A stretch of DNA of 24,654 nt from Candidatus Methylomirabilia bacterium. Its GTDB lineage: Bacteria > Methylomirabilota > Methylomirabilia > Rokubacteriales > CSP1-6. The notes beneath the pieces were generated by a model. The model searched no databases. It had not been told where the DNA came from and saw only the letters and a program-made list of their open reading frames with translations. This document shows, piece after piece, positions 23,190 through 24,654 of the stretch; position 1 is the stretch's first letter; each line of letters starts with the position of its first letter. The position numbers and the translations under genes were made by a program. Where the stretch lies: contig JBGQHJ010000069.1 of NCBI GenBank assembly GCA_041497895.1, forward strand, positions 1 through 24,654, given 5' to 3'.

Positions 23190-24654
23190 CCGCGATCCCG
23201 CTCCCGTTCTACGACAATCCCCTGCTCTTCGGGCACGACGCCACCCGCGGCCTGCTCGCGTTCCGTCCCTCGGAGAGCCACGTCACGGTCTACGCGCGGG
23301 GCGCGCAGGGGGTGATCACCACCGAGGAGCCCTTCCGTCCCTTCCTGCTCCTGGCCGATCCCGATCTCCTCAAGGGGCTGAAAGGCGAGCTCGAGGTGAC
23401 CCCCCTCGACGGGGAGGGCGCCTACCGCTGGCTCGCCGAGTTCTCCGCCTGGTCGCAGGCCCTCCGCGCGCGCGACCATTGCCTGCACGCCTCCGGCAAG
23501 AGCGCGGGGGCGCCCGACGCTCCCTACCGGTTCCTCGCCGATCCGAGCCACCAATTCCTGTTGCGGTCGGGCAAGACCTCCTTCCTCGGGATGGACTTCG
23601 GCGACCTGCGGCGCATGGCGCTCGACATCGAGGTCACCACCGCGCCCGGCTTCGAGTTCCCGAACGCGGCGCGCGAGTCCGACCGCATCATCGCGATCGC
23701 GATGGCCGACTCCACCGGGTTCTCGACCGTGCTGTCGGGCGCCGAGCTGTCCGAGGCCCAGCTCCTGACCGAGTGCTCGCGCATCCTCCGCGAGCGCGAT
23801 CCCGACGTGCTGGAAGGCCACAACATCTTCCGCTTCGATCTCGAGTACTTGGAGGCGCGGGCGCGCCGGTACCGCGTGCCGCTCGCGTGGGGGCGCGACG
23901 GCTCCGTGCTGCGCGGCTATCCCTCGCGCATGCAGGTGGCGGAGCGCGCGATCGGCTACCGGCGCTACGGGGTGACCGGGCGCCACATCGTGGACACCTG
24001 GATCCTGGCCCAGCTCTATGACGTGGGCGCGCGCGATCTCGAGTCCTACGGCCTCAAGGACGTGGCGCGGCACTTCGGGGTGGCCGCACCCGACCGGACC
24101 TACCTCCCGCCGGAAGACATCCCGCGCATCTTCGTGGAGGACCCGGCGCGACTCATGGCCTACGCGCGCGACGACGTGCTGGAGACCCTCGCGATCTCGG
24201 CCATCCTGTCGCCGCCCTACTTCGTGCAGGCGCAGGCCCTGCCCTTCGACTACCAGACCACCGTGCTGCGCGGCAACGCGACCAAGATCGACGCGCTGCT
24301 GATGCGGGAGTACCTGCATCGCCGCCAGGCGGTGCCCGCCCCCGGCCAGGGCCGCGGCGTCGCGGGCGGCTATACCGCGGTCTTCCAGCAGGGCGTGGCC
24401 CGCGACGTGCTGCACGTGGACGTGACCTCGCTCTACCCGTCGCTGATGCTCGGGCAGGATCTCTTCCCGCGCTCGGACCGGCTCGGGGTCTTCGCCTCCC
24501 TGCTCCGGGACCTGCGCGAGTTCCGGGTCTCGGCCAAGCGGCTGGCCCGCGAGGCGGCCGCGCCCGAGGACCGGATCTTCCTGAACGCGCTCCAGCAGAC
24601 CTTCAAGATCTTCATCAACTCGTTCTACGGCTACCTCGCCTTCTCGCAGGGACA
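23186..24654 (+). CDS. polB: Family B DNA polymerase with 3'-5' exonuclease (truncated by the window edge)
   Basis: Hand-translated open frame from TTG 23186 (TTGA overlap with the TPR stop). ExoI LDIE, ExoII GHNIFRFD, ExoIII YARDD, motif A DVTSLYPS, motif B QQTFKIFINSFYGY. Confidence 0.93.
   Translation, partial: MTAIPLPFYDNPLLFGHDATRGLLAFRPSESHVTVYARGAQGVITTEEPFRPFLLLADPDLLKGLKGELEVTPLDGEGAYRWLAEFSAWSQALRARDHCLHASGKSAGAPDAPYRFLADPSHQFLLRSGKTSFLGMDFGDLRRMALDIEVTTAPGFEFPNAARESDRIIAIAMADSTGFSTVLSGAELSEAQLLTECSRILRERDPDVLEGHNIFRFDLEYLEARARRYRVPLAWGRDGSVLRGYPSRMQVAERAIGYRRYGVTGRHIVDTWILAQLYDVGARDLESYGLKDVARHFGVAAPDRTYLPPEDIPRIFVEDPARLMAYARDDVLETLAISAILSPPYFVQAQALPFDYQTTVLRGNATKIDALLMREYLHRRQAVPAPGQGRGVAGGYTAVFQQGVARDVLHVDVTSLYPSLMLGQDLFPRSDRLGVFASLLRDLREFRVSAKRLAREAAAPEDRIFLNALQQTFKIFINSFYGYLAFSQG

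Noticed and set aside
1544..24415. Many long antisense or alternate-frame ORFs (e.g. 1630..3024, 5888..7204, 11341..12546, 12646..14478, 20030..21613, 23138..24415)
   Set aside because: Shadow ORFs of well-supported genes, with no recognisable motifs.

Overview
Very GC-rich bacterial chromosomal window with about 23 CDS. Composition and gene content suggest Candidatus Rokubacteria/Methylomirabilota, but this is inference only. Left to right: (1) a visibly less GC-rich first ~1.6 kb with a 46-aa small ORF, a PEP-CTERM protein and a probable gene remnant; (2) a UroD-like enzyme coupled to an orphan family-5 ABC substrate-binding protein; (3) an ECF sigma / zinc anti-sigma / DUF4139 module carrying two copies of a GGAACTT-N16-TCTnA promoter; (4) a DUF6607-like protein and a 128-bp MITE-like hairpin; (5) a minus-strand operon of a threonine-synthase-like PLP enzyme, a MoaD/CysO-like sulfur carrier ending GG-R, an aminotransferase and a glycerate kinase, preceded by a palindromic promoter and a structured leader resembling a rearranged SAM-I riboswitch; (6) a GT-C-like membrane protein, EamA transporter, PhoD, two SDRs, a class III CoA-transferase, YihY, a catalytically dead HtrA-like protein and a dienelactone hydrolase; (7) a TPR protein coupled to a family B DNA polymerase that runs off the right edge and is missing from the ORF track. 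The best candidate for a new system is the riboswitch-like leader plus sulfur-carrier (homocysteine-type) operon. No rRNA, tRNA, CRISPR array or transposase was seen. All calls come from reading motifs by eye; no searches were run.
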